Source: Rhodobiaceae bacterium UBA7804 (GTDB taxonomy: Bacteria; Pseudomonadota; Alphaproteobacteria; Parvibaculales; Parvibaculaceae). From it: DNA of 64,000 nt. The position numbers and the translations under genes were made by a program. The notes beneath the pieces are model-generated. The model made no database searches and was not told the DNA's origin. It was given only the letters and a program-made list of their open reading frames with translations. The stretch is taken from the NCBI GenBank assembly GCA_002480495.1, contig DLCG01000008.1, forward strand, positions 88,036 to 152,035, given 5' to 3'. Positions 32,561 to 41,669 of this stretch are shown here, in pieces (the first letter of the stretch is position 1; every line of letters starts with the position of its first letter).

Positions 32561-33730
32561 ATGCGCGGTACCGAGCCGGAGAGTGTTGTGGAAAATTCCT
32601 CTACGCCTATCCCTGTTGCAGGCCCGTGGATTACAGAACGGGAGATCGAGTATGTTGCAGACGCGGCTCGCAATGCCTGGTTCAGCAACCACTACGAGTA
32701 TAACCGCCGCTTCGAAGAAACCTTTGCAGCCTATGTTGGCGCGAAATATGCCGTGTCATTGCCACACTGCACGGCGGCAATTCATCTTTCCCTCGCAGCG
32801 GCTGGGGTCGGGCCCGGCGATGAAGTCATCGTCCCGGATGTCACATGGATCGCGTCTGTCGCACCTGTAGTCTACGTTGGGGCCACCCCTATATTCGCCG
32901 ACATAAGGAACGATACCTGGTGTATCGACCATGTGTCTGTTGAAAGCGCGATTACCACCCGTACGAAAGCGATCATCGGGGTCGATCTTTACGGCTCTAT
33001 GGCCAACTGGACGGAGCTACGGCGAATTGCAGATCGGCACGGTCTGTTGCTGATCGAGGACGCAGCTGAAGCACTCGGGTCGGAATACGGAGGTCGGAAG
33101 GCTGGCTCACATGGCGATACGGGTGTCTTCTCATTTCATGGGTCCAAGACGCTGACGACTGGCGAAGGCGGGATGCTCGTTACCAATGACGACCATCTGC
33201 ACCAGCGCGTGATGACGCTGCGCGACCACGGACGCCCACCGGGCGACAAACTGTTCCTCAACACGGAAGTCGGTTTCAAATACAAGATGAGCGCGCTACA
33301 GGCGGCCTTCGGGCTCGCGCAGATAGAGCGGGTGGAAGAGCTCATCACGAAAAAACGCGAGATTTTCTCCTGGTACAGGCAGGCCCTGGAGGGCGTGGAA
33401 GGGATCACGCTCAACGCCGAGCCGCAAGGAACTCTGAACTCCTACTGGATGGTGACGGTCATCCCCGACACTTCCTTCGGAGTGGACAAGTTCGCGCTAA
33501 TGGATGCATTCCGTAAACGGAAGATCGACACGCGACCGTTTTTCTCTCCCCTGTCAAGCTTGCCCGCATTTGCAGACAGGCCAGAATCGTCGGCTCATAT
33601 GCCAGCCCAGCCCGTTGGAGAAGTCATCGCGAGACATGGCATCAATCTTCCGTCCGGATATCACATGACAAAAGAGAAGGTTCGGACCGTGTGCACTACT
33701 TTGCGCGAAGTACTTTCCGGCGCCTCCTGA
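32561..33730 (+). CDS. DegT/DnrJ/EryC1/StrS family PLP-dependent nucleotide-sugar aminotransferase
   Basis: Family pattern NHYEYNRRFEETFAAYVGAKYAVSLPHCTAAIHL, then SFHGSKTLTTGEGG carrying the PLP lysine. This is the first gene of the sugar cluster. Confidence 0.85.
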   Translation: MRGTEPESVVENSSTPIPVAGPWITEREIEYVADAARNAWFSNHYEYNRRFEETFAAYVGAKYAVSLPHCTAAIHLSLAAAGVGPGDEVIVPDVTWIASVAPVVYVGATPIFADIRNDTWCIDHVSVESAITTRTKAIIGVDLYGSMANWTELRRIADRHGLLLIEDAAEALGSEYGGRKAGSHGDTGVFSFHGSKTLTTGEGGMLVTNDDHLHQRVMTLRDHGRPPGDKLFLNTEVGFKYKMSALQAAFGLAQIERVEELITKKREIFSWYRQALEGVEGITLNAEPQGTLNSYWMVTVIPDTSFGVDKFALMDAFRKRKIDTRPFFSPLSSLPAFADRPESSAHMPAQPVGEVIARHGINLPSGYHMTKEKVRTVCTTLREVLSGAS

Positions 33731-33778
33731 TCAGATACAGTTCTCTCCGAGAGAATCGCAACGCGTAGAACTTTAAAG

Positions 33779-34936
33779 ATGGCAACGGAAGCACTCCCTA
33801 GGTTCACGGTTATTATCCCGACCAGAGAAAGGGCCGATGTACTTGGTGCCGCGCTCCGCACAGTTGTAGCGCAAGATTATGAGAATCTCAGAATACTGAT
33901 TAGCGACAATTTCAGCCAAGACAATACTGCCGACATCGTCGAGTCATTTAAGGATCAACGTATCCACTATATCAACACCGGCCGCCGACTCAGCATGTCA
34001 CATAATTGGGAGTTCGCGCTTTCACATATCGAAGACGGATGGGTTTCCATACTTGGTGACGATGACGGCCTAATGCCGGGCGCTATTGCCAAAGTCGCGG
34101 AACTCGCTGTGACAAGTGGCGCTTCGGCCATCCGGTCGTCAACATGCAAGTACAGATGGCCCTCAAGAGACGGTAAGGGCGCGCGATTGAGCGCGCCAAC
34201 GCAACGCGGCGTCGAGTTGCGTGACTCGCGGATTTGGCTTCAGCGCGCCCTCGACGGACAGGCGGGCTACATGGATTTGCCGATGCTCTACACAGGCGGA
34301 TTCGCTGATATCCGACTTATGCTTGCCATTAAGGCTAGAATGAGAGCGTTCTATTCCTCTTGCGTGCCGGATGTTTACTCCGGTGTGGCCATTGCCAGCA
34401 TAACTGATAGGTACCTCTACTCATATGCTCCCTTAGCAATTGCCGGAATTTCGCGACACAGCACCGGCACGGCACATTTCTCTCGTCCAAATAACCGGAC
34501 TGAACTTAGCCCGGCAAAGTTATTCATGTCGGAAGGCAACATTCCCTTTCACTCGGACATACCTGTGTGCAGTGACGGCATTACCCCCCGATCCCCGCAA
34601 GTAACACTGTTAGAGTCCTTCCTTCAATCCTCTGAACTGCGAGGTCCTGTCTCCCCTGATCTCTATGCAAGGCAATTAGCCATCGTGGCGGCCACGTGCG
34701 CTCCTGACGACAGGGATCTTGCGCAATGGATAGAAGATTTCGCTACATTGCATGGCCTCGATACGAAGAAGGTGCTCAAATCGAACATGCTGCGCCGCCT
34801 GCGAAACAAAATCCGCGAAATACCGAAAAAGAATTGGCGTAGACTTAAGACTGCAAAACTACGCCCCCCTCAATATGAAATAAACGACGTGTACCTTGCT
34901 AGCCTAGCTGCTCAGCAGCGGCTTGGAGGCGGCTGA
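33779..34936 (+). CDS. Family 2 glycosyltransferase
   Basis: FTVIIPTRERADVL...ILISDNFSQDNT...ILGDDDGL gives a GT-A fold with a DxD motif. The region is AT-richer than the flanks (29/60 G+C counted in 34381-34440). Confidence 0.8.
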   Translation: MATEALPRFTVIIPTRERADVLGAALRTVVAQDYENLRILISDNFSQDNTADIVESFKDQRIHYINTGRRLSMSHNWEFALSHIEDGWVSILGDDDGLMPGAIAKVAELAVTSGASAIRSSTCKYRWPSRDGKGARLSAPTQRGVELRDSRIWLQRALDGQAGYMDLPMLYTGGFADIRLMLAIKARMRAFYSSCVPDVYSGVAIASITDRYLYSYAPLAIAGISRHSTGTAHFSRPNNRTELSPAKLFMSEGNIPFHSDIPVCSDGITPRSPQVTLLESFLQSSELRGPVSPDLYARQLAIVAATCAPDDRDLAQWIEDFATLHGLDTKKVLKSNMLRRLRNKIREIPKKNWRRLKTAKLRPPQYEINDVYLASLAAQQRLGGG

Positions 34937-34946
34937 ATGAGGACAT

Positions 34947-35975
34947 ATGCGTAGTACAAGTCGAAAGGTCATGGTCGCCGGTATTGGTGGGGCTTCACTT
35001 GGCACAGAAATAGGCAAATGCCTCGCGCTGGCGGGAAACTACGAGGCTTTTGGGTGCGATATATCACCCACAGCGTACGGCCTCTATGATGGCTCCTTTA
35101 AAGAGACATTCAGAATCGACCGTGAGAACTATATCTCCGATGTCATCAATGCCTGCCACGCCTCCGGGGCGATCTGGCTGATTGCGGGAGGTGAGCAGCC
35201 GACGGCTCTCTTGTCTGCTGCGGAAGCGGAACTGGCTGACCACGGCATCGCACTTGTCGCTAACTCTCCGGAGATCGTGCGTCTATTTTCAGACAAAGCC
35301 GAAACTTTCCGCAAACTTGGTGCAGCGGGCTTCCCTATTCCTCGAACACGGTTGGCCGATGGCACAGAGGCGATTTTCGCTGTCGGCTTGCCTTGCATAA
35401 TAAAGCCGGCCACGGGCTCGGGCGGCAGCGCATCTGTTTTTTTTGCTGTTACAGCTGACGAAGCACACATTTATGCAGATTTCATCCGACGAAGCGGGGG
35501 GGTTCCCATTGCGCAGGAGTATGTCGGTCTGGAAGAGGGAGAGTTTACTATCGGCGTTCTCTCTCTTCCCGACGGAAACCTCGCCGGGTCGATCGCACTT
35601 AAGCGAACGCTTGATGCAAAACTCTCTCTCTCCTATCGCGGGCGTGGAGGTGTTATATCCAGCGGCTATTCTCAGGGGTATATCGGAGATTATTGCTCGC
35701 TGCGCCAACAGGCCGAGCGCATTGCCGAAACAATCGGGAGCCGTGGCCCCATCAATATCCAGGGCAGAGTTCGCGACGGCGTATTAATTCCCTTTGAGAT
35801 AAACCCTCGCTTCTCCGCCTCCACCTACTTGCGTGCTTTGGCGGGGTTCAATGAAATTGATATTATGCTGCGCTTCCTGATCGGCGGCGAACGTCCCGGT
35901 TTGCTGGAGGTAAAATCAGGCTGGTACCTCCGGAGCCTGACGGAGACTTATGTTCCGGATGAGGGGCTGAAATGA
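34947..35975 (+). CDS. ATP-grasp domain protein (carboxylate-amine ligase type)
   Basis: The layout resembles the PylC/carbamoyl-phosphate-synthase-like ATP-grasp fold: KVMVAGIGGASLG, then CIIKPATGSGGS, then EINPRFSAST. The stop overlaps the next gene's ATG. Confidence 0.7.
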   Translation: MRSTSRKVMVAGIGGASLGTEIGKCLALAGNYEAFGCDISPTAYGLYDGSFKETFRIDRENYISDVINACHASGAIWLIAGGEQPTALLSAAEAELADHGIALVANSPEIVRLFSDKAETFRKLGAAGFPIPRTRLADGTEAIFAVGLPCIIKPATGSGGSASVFFAVTADEAHIYADFIRRSGGVPIAQEYVGLEEGEFTIGVLSLPDGNLAGSIALKRTLDAKLSLSYRGRGGVISSGYSQGYIGDYCSLRQQAERIAETIGSRGPINIQGRVRDGVLIPFEINPRFSASTYLRALAGFNEIDIMLRFLIGGERPGLLEVKSGWYLRSLTETYVPDEGLK

Positions 35976-37213
35976 CCGTCAGATGGATTACCCCTCTTCT
36001 CGGCACGGCGCCCGGTTCAGAAATTGCCGAGATCAGCGATGCTGTAATCGTGGACGTTCGAAACTTCGTCGACCGAGCAGGCAACCTTCCTGATTCCATT
36101 GCCCCAAAGCTAATCGCTGGTTCGAACGCACTTCGCGAAGGCCGGAAGACGGTCATATGTTGTGATCACGGTATATCCCGAAGTAACGCCTTCGCTGCAG
36201 GTATATTAGCTCTCTTTGGAGGCATTTCAGTCAACGAAGCCCTGCATAAAGTCATAAACACGACGGGAGAAAGCGAAATCCGCCCCGATGTATTGGCGGC
36301 AGTTCGGCGAGCGCTTTCAGATATGCAAGCAGCGAAAACTAAGGAAGGCTCAGAAAGATGGCTGCTTACCGGTGGTAGCGGAGCTCTCGGAAGGCTGATC
36401 CAACGAACTGTGCCAAGCGACCTAGAGCTGCTTGCACCCAGCCGAACTGAACTTGACCTGCTTGCAGGGAGCATGTCGTTAAGTCTTTATGCCGAGACCC
36501 ACAATGTGAGCCGTATTCTTCACTTCGCTTCGCCCCGGGTCGGAAACACAAACAGGGCGATGGGCGAGGCTCTTACCATGTTGCGCACAGCGCTGGAAGC
36601 AGCTCGCTACCTCTCTGTGCCTGTCATCATCCCTTCTCGTTGGAACGTTTTTGCCGGCTACTACGACACGCTGATTGCTTCCGAGACCACCCCGGCACGG
36701 CCCGACGACATTCTCGGCGAAACGAAATTCTTATGCGAGTCGCTCGCCCTAGCATGGGAGTCCCAGAAGTTTGCATCAGTGACTGTACTTCGAAGTGGAC
36801 TTGTTTTCGGAGACGAAATAGCCCCTCACTTTATGCGTGGATTCATCCGGAAAGCCAGGTCTGGAGAATTGCTGATGACTCATAGTTACGCCAATGGCTC
36901 ACCAGCACTCGATCTCATGGCGTCAGACGATTGGGCTCGTGCCTTCTGGAGCCTTGCCCGATCCGGACTAACCGGGCTTTTTCAAGCTGGCGGGGGCGAC
37001 CTTCTTAGCACGCGGCAAATTGCGGAAATGGCGGTCGCCGCCGAAGGGCGAGGATGCCAAATCGAGGAACTTCGTGTAGAAGGCAAGGCTGCCAATGTTA
37101 AGCTCGACTTTACTAAGTTGAGAGATGCGGTCGGCTGGAGCCCTTCTCGTCCTTCATTCGAAGCGTTGGGCAGCTTTCTTTCGCACGCCCGCACAGTCAA
37201 ACTTTTTCCCTGA
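35972..37213 (+). CDS. Fusion protein: N-terminal dual-specificity-phosphatase-like domain (CX5R loop) + C-terminal RmlD-like extended SDR domain
   Basis: Residues ~70-90 read VICCDHGISRSNAFAAGIL, a PTP/DSP P-loop of the C-x5-R-S type. From ~aa 138 come WLLTGGSGALG (the Rossmann TGxxGxxG), ELDLL, HFAS, and LGETK where RmlD-type enzymes carry YGxxK. Confidence 0.7.
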   Translation: MTVRWITPLLGTAPGSEIAEISDAVIVDVRNFVDRAGNLPDSIAPKLIAGSNALREGRKTVICCDHGISRSNAFAAGILALFGGISVNEALHKVINTTGESEIRPDVLAAVRRALSDMQAAKTKEGSERWLLTGGSGALGRLIQRTVPSDLELLAPSRTELDLLAGSMSLSLYAETHNVSRILHFASPRVGNTNRAMGEALTMLRTALEAARYLSVPVIIPSRWNVFAGYYDTLIASETTPARPDDILGETKFLCESLALAWESQKFASVTVLRSGLVFGDEIAPHFMRGFIRKARSGELLMTHSYANGSPALDLMASDDWARAFWSLARSGLTGLFQAGGGDLLSTRQIAEMAVAAEGRGCQIEELRVEGKAANVKLDFTKLRDAVGWSPSRPSFEALGSFLSHARTVKLFP

Positions 37214-37226
37214 GAACGGGTCGATC

Positions 37227-38012
37227 ATGAATACGGACGAAAAAGCACGACAAGAAACGTTTATGTGGTCACGCACCACCTTTCATAGCGAGTACAATCG
37301 ATATCTCGCTCAATTCAAAGTCGAATCTTGTATAGAAAACATTCGTGGTAATTCATTGCTTGATCTCGCATGTGGCGACGGTCTCATGACGGGGATGTTT
37401 GCGCAGAAGGTCCCCCGGGTAGTCGGTGTGGACGCAAACAGCAAGATACTTGCCGAAGCACGCAAGCGTCAGCCGGAAATCGAATTCCATGAAAGCCTTG
37501 TTGAAGACCTCGATTTGAGCGAGAAATTCGATACGGTCACTATGCTCGACCTTCTTGAGCATGTCGTGGACCCGATTGCGTTATTGAAGAAGGCTGCCAG
37601 CTTTCTTAATAACGACGGCGTCTTGATCGTTCACGTTCCTAACGCGCAAGCCATCAACCGCCGATTAGCGGTCCTTATGGGCACACTAGAGAACTGCGAA
37701 GAGCTGTCTCCCTTTGACATCAATGTAGCAGGTCATCGGCGATCTTATTCCCTGACATCACTGAAGGCAGACATCGCCGCAGCAGGACTGAAGTGCGAAA
37801 GCACCGGCGGGATCTTCTACAAAATTCTTTCCACGCCCCAGATGGACTGGTTTCTCAAGAACGGCCCGTGGGAAGAAGGTGGATTCGGATGGGGGCGTGT
37901 CGGCGCGGAGAAAGCCAAAGATTGGCGCGCCGAGTTCTGCCGCGCTTCCTATGAGCTTGGCAAACAGCACCCGGAAGATTGCAATGTCATTTATGCCTGC
38001 GTGACGAAGTAA
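37227..38012 (+). CDS. Class I SAM-dependent methyltransferase
   Basis: SAM motif I LLDLACGDGLMT and post-I VVGVDAN are present. The start was set at the ATG giving MNTDEKARQ. Confidence 0.8.
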   Translation: MNTDEKARQETFMWSRTTFHSEYNRYLAQFKVESCIENIRGNSLLDLACGDGLMTGMFAQKVPRVVGVDANSKILAEARKRQPEIEFHESLVEDLDLSEKFDTVTMLDLLEHVVDPIALLKKAASFLNNDGVLIVHVPNAQAINRRLAVLMGTLENCEELSPFDINVAGHRRSYSLTSLKADIAAAGLKCESTGGIFYKILSTPQMDWFLKNGPWEEGGFGWGRVGAEKAKDWRAEFCRASYELGKQHPEDCNVIYACVTK

Positions 38013-38057
38013 GTTTCTGCCAACTAGTTCCCGCCAACATGGTCGAGCGATTTCACG

Positions 38058-38807
38058 ATGAATCCAGTCGAGACTTTTAAAAAGCAGATCAACAACAACA
38101 TCAAACGTCTAGGCGAGGATAAGGACGTTCAGGGCCTCTCGCGTGTCTGGTCGCGAGAAACAAATCGCAACGGCTATACCTATAATTTCTCGTGGATGGG
38201 GCGCCCGATCATTCAGTACCCGCAGGACATCGTGGCTATGCAGGAATTGATCTGGTTGACGCAGCCGGATTTGATTATCGAAACAGGGATTGCCCATGGC
38301 GGGTCACTGATTTTCTCCGCGTCAATGCTGGAGTTGAATGCCGCCTGCGGAGGCAAGAAGAATGCTCGAGTGCTGGGCGTTGATATCGATATCCGCGAAC
38401 ACAACAGAGCTGCTATCGAGGCACATCCTCTCGCCCGCCGCATCGACATGATTCAAGGGTCGAGCATTGCTCCCGAAATCGTTGCTCAAGTCAAAGAGGC
38501 CGCTAAAGGGCAAGAAAGCATCTTGGTTATTCTCGATTCAAACCACACTCATGATCACGTGCTTGCCGAACTTGAAGCGTATGCGCCGCTCGTCACGCCC
38601 GGTAATTACTGCGTCGTCTTCGATACACTGATCGAAGACATGCCGGCGGAGTTTTTTCCGGACCGTCCGTGGGGGCCGGGTGATAATCCCAAGACTGCCG
38701 TCTGGGAGTATCTCAAATCGCATTCAGAGTTTGAAGTCGACCAAAGTATTCCGCACAAGCTGCTGATTACGGTAGCGCCGGACGGCTACCTAAAGCGCGT
38801 CAGCTAA
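38058..38807 (+). CDS. CmcI ('cephalosporin hydroxylase') family methyltransferase, likely sugar O-methyltransferase
   Basis: FSWMGRPIIQYPQDIVAMQELIW...LIIETGIAHGGSL...LDSNHTHDHV matches my recollection of the CmcI family. Confidence 0.7.
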   Translation: MNPVETFKKQINNNIKRLGEDKDVQGLSRVWSRETNRNGYTYNFSWMGRPIIQYPQDIVAMQELIWLTQPDLIIETGIAHGGSLIFSASMLELNAACGGKKNARVLGVDIDIREHNRAAIEAHPLARRIDMIQGSSIAPEIVAQVKEAAKGQESILVILDSNHTHDHVLAELEAYAPLVTPGNYCVVFDTLIEDMPAEFFPDRPWGPGDNPKTAVWEYLKSHSEFEVDQSIPHKLLITVAPDGYLKRVS

Positions 38808-40026
38808 TCCTCAATTCCGGCACCGCCGTCACAAACCGCGCTCCCCAGCCTCGTGCATGATCGAGTTGGCGCATAACCTCATCGCGAATATTCCACGGCA
38901 AGATCACGATGATATTCGGCCTGTCAGCTTCAAGATGCACTTCGTCGACGATCGGAATGCGGCTCCCCGGCATATGTTTACCCTGCTTGGCGGCCGCCCG
39001 ATCCACGACATAGGGTATGAGATCGGGCCTTATCCCCGCAAAATTCATCAGCGTGTTGCCCTTGGCCGCAGCCCCGTAGGCGCCAACCTTCAATCCCTTG
39101 CGTTTAGCTTCAATGAGAAAGTGGACGAAGTCGTCCTTCACCTTCTCTGCCTTCGCCTGGAACCCCTCATAGAAAGCGAGGCTTTCAATTCCCGCCTCGG
39201 TTTCCGCTTTCTGCAGTGCCCTCAGGCGGTCGCTAGGCGGGTGTTTTCCTGTGTCTTTCCGCTGCGCATAGACGCGGAGGCTTCCTCCATGCGTCGGCAG
39301 CTCTTCAACGTCGAACACGGTGAGACCGTTCGCCGCGAAAATGCGCGAGACGGCAGTCAAAGAGAGGTAGGAATAGTGCTCGTGATAGATGGTGTCGAAC
39401 TGGTTCTGACGCACGAGGTTGAGAAGGTGCGGGAATTCGAAAGTCGAAACGCCTTCAGGCTTAAGCAAACGGGCGAAGCCTGAAACAAAGTCGTTGATGT
39501 CCGGCACATGGGCGAGAACATTGTTGGCAGCCGTAAGGTCGGCCTGCTTGCCTGCATCGGCTAGCTCCGATGCGAGTTCTACCCCAAAGAAGCGCTCGAC
39601 GATCTCGATCCCCTTTTCGCGAGCTGCGGCAGCAGTACTTGCCGTTGGCTCCACGCCATAACAAGGAACGCCAGCGGCCTTCACATATTGAAGCAGGTAG
39701 CCGTCATTCGCGGCAACTTCGACCACCAAGCTCTCAGCGCTCAGGCCAAACCGCTCAATCATCGCATCGACATAAGCGTGTGAGTGGGCGAGCCAGCCTG
39801 AGGAAGTCGAACTGAAATAGGCGTAGTCATGAGCGAAAAGCTCTTCGCGGCCTGCATGATCGTCCGTCTGAACAAGCCAGCAGTTCGTGCAAACGAGCAC
39901 GCGCAGCGGATACCAGACTTCCGGCCTTCCCAGTGCTTCTCGCGTCAGATAGGCATTTGAGGGCGGCGACGCACCCAGATCTACGAACGTCTTCTCAAGC
40001 GGCGTTCCGCAATGACGGCACTTCAC
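38800..40026 (-). CDS. NDP-hexose C-methyltransferase family protein (Zn-ribbon + class I MTase + C-methyltransferase C-terminal domain)
   Basis: The N-terminus is MKCRHCGTPL...FVDLGASPPSNAYL...VCTNCWLVQT, followed by VVEVAANDGYLL and a C-terminal region typical of TylCIII-like enzymes. It overlaps the convergent CmcI-like gene by 8 nt. Confidence 0.75.
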   Translation of the reverse strand: MKCRHCGTPLEKTFVDLGASPPSNAYLTREALGRPEVWYPLRVLVCTNCWLVQTDDHAGREELFAHDYAYFSSTSSGWLAHSHAYVDAMIERFGLSAESLVVEVAANDGYLLQYVKAAGVPCYGVEPTASTAAAAREKGIEIVERFFGVELASELADAGKQADLTAANNVLAHVPDINDFVSGFARLLKPEGVSTFEFPHLLNLVRQNQFDTIYHEHYSYLSLTAVSRIFAANGLTVFDVEELPTHGGSLRVYAQRKDTGKHPPSDRLRALQKAETEAGIESLAFYEGFQAKAEKVKDDFVHFLIEAKRKGLKVGAYGAAAKGNTLMNFAGIRPDLIPYVVDRAAAKQGKHMPGSRIPIVDEVHLEADRPNIIVILPWNIRDEVMRQLDHARGWGARFVTAVPELRIS

Positions 40027-40035
40027 GACACTACC

Positions 40036-40587
40036 TCAATCATTCGGGCCGCCGAGCAGCGGGTGGTTCAAGTCCCGTTCCGAGCGATCACCGATCGGGA
40101 GCGGCCAATCAATGCCGATTACCGGATCATCCGCCCTGACGCCGCCTTCCGCGTCCGGAGCGAAGGGCGCTGAATGAACGTAGAACATCTCCACATTGTC
40201 TGTCAGCGTCTGAAACCCATGGGCGAAGCCCGGAGGAATGAGCAGGCTCGTTGCGTTTTCATTGGAGAGCTGTTCGCCATGCCAGCGCAAATAGGTAGGC
40301 GAGTCCGGCCGCAGGTCAACCGCAACATCATAGACCTCCCCAGCGAGGCAGGTGACGAGCTTAGCCTCCTCATGAGGGGGGTGCTGGAAATGCATGCCCC
40401 TTACGGTTCCCTTCCGCGCCGTGAAAGTCCGGTTCATCTGCGCGACGGACCAAAGCCAGCCTGCATCGCGCAATTCCTCGGCACAGAAAAGGCGTTCGAG
40501 CCATCCTCGTTCGTCGCCCATGCGCTTTCTTTTCAGCGCGACGACGCCTTCGAGCGAGGCCCGCACGATATCGAAGCGGGCGGTCAT
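40036..40587 (-). CDS. dTDP-4-dehydrorhamnose 3,5-epimerase-like cupin (RmlC family)
   Basis: RGMHFQ, GEVYDVAVDLR and PPGFAHGFQTL are present. The size is 183 aa. Confidence 0.8.
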   Translation of the reverse strand: MTARFDIVRASLEGVVALKRKRMGDERGWLERLFCAEELRDAGWLWSVAQMNRTFTARKGTVRGMHFQHPPHEEAKLVTCLAGEVYDVAVDLRPDSPTYLRWHGEQLSNENATSLLIPPGFAHGFQTLTDNVEMFYVHSAPFAPDAEGGVRADDPVIGIDWPLPIGDRSERDLNHPLLGGPND

Positions 40588-41669
40588 GCCCCCCCGCCTC
40601 GGTAGAGATTTTCATAAGCGGCGATCTGAGCAAGTGTGCGCCCGCGCATATCCTCGCCGGAATTGAGCGCCCGGTACCACTCGGCTAGCCAGGACACACA
40701 AGGCGCGCCGGCGAGTTGATCCCGCCAGCCAAGAACGGCGCGCGCCTTCCTGCTATCGATTTCAAGCGTCATCATTTCGCGCGGGCCCGGATCGTTCGCC
40801 GGCTCCCACCTACCCTTCGCGCCCAATGCAGACTGCACGGCATTCGCGAGTTCGGCCACCGTCAGCGGGGGCGCATCGTGAGGTGGACCGAAATTGAGAG
40901 CAGCGGGAAGCGGAACCTGGTCGGTCAACCCCCGCGCATAGGTGAAGTAGCCGCAGAGGCAATCCAGCACATGCTGCCACGGCCGCGCGGCAGCGGGATT
41001 GCGAAGCATGAGAGGCTTTCCAGCCTTCAATGCGCGCCAGATGTCGGGCACGAGCCTGTCTTCGGAGAAATCCCCACCGCCGATGACATTGCCGCCCCGC
41101 GCTGTCGCGACCCGCACCCCGCGCTCCTCGAAGAAGGACCGGGCATAAGACGAGGTCACGATTTCAGCGGCGGCCTTGGAGGCCGCATAAGGATCATGCC
41201 CACCTAGCGGATCCTCCTCCTTGAAGGAAATCCCCTGTTCGGCATTCTCGTAAACCTTGTCAGTCGTCACGACGAGAACAGACTGCAGCTCCTCCTGATG
41301 ACGCAATGCGTCGAGAAGGTGGACAGTGCCCATCACATTCGCATCGAAGGTACCGACAGGATCTGCATAGGAGCGCCGCACGAGAGGTTGAGCGGCCATA
41401 TGAAGAACGATCTCGGGCCTCGCCTCGCTCACCACCTGGCGGACGGCGTCGGCATCACGCAGGTCGCCGAAGTGGGACCGGACCACCGTTTGAATGTCAG
41501 CGAGCTCGAAAAGGTTCGGATCGGTCTCCGGGGCAAGCGAAAAGCCCGTTACCTCTGCCCCCATCGCAGAGAGCCAGAGCGAGGCCCACGCCCCCTTGAA
41601 GCCGCTATGGCCCGTCAGCAGGACGCGCTTGCCGCTCCAAAACGCCTTGTCGAGACCGTCGATCGCCAA
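40584..41669 (-). CDS. rfbG: CDP-glucose 4,6-dehydratase
   Basis: FWSGKRVLLTGHSGFKGAW..., DKVYEN and YAASKAAAE (YxxxK) are present. The size is 361 aa, directly downstream of the cytidylyltransferase gene. Confidence 0.85.
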   Translation of the reverse strand: MAIDGLDKAFWSGKRVLLTGHSGFKGAWASLWLSAMGAEVTGFSLAPETDPNLFELADIQTVVRSHFGDLRDADAVRQVVSEARPEIVLHMAAQPLVRRSYADPVGTFDANVMGTVHLLDALRHQEELQSVLVVTTDKVYENAEQGISFKEEDPLGGHDPYAASKAAAEIVTSSYARSFFEERGVRVATARGGNVIGGGDFSEDRLVPDIWRALKAGKPLMLRNPAAARPWQHVLDCLCGYFTYARGLTDQVPLPAALNFGPPHDAPPLTVAELANAVQSALGAKGRWEPANDPGPREMMTLEIDSRKARAVLGWRDQLAGAPCVSWLAEWYRALNSGEDMRGRTLAQIAAYENLYRGGGA

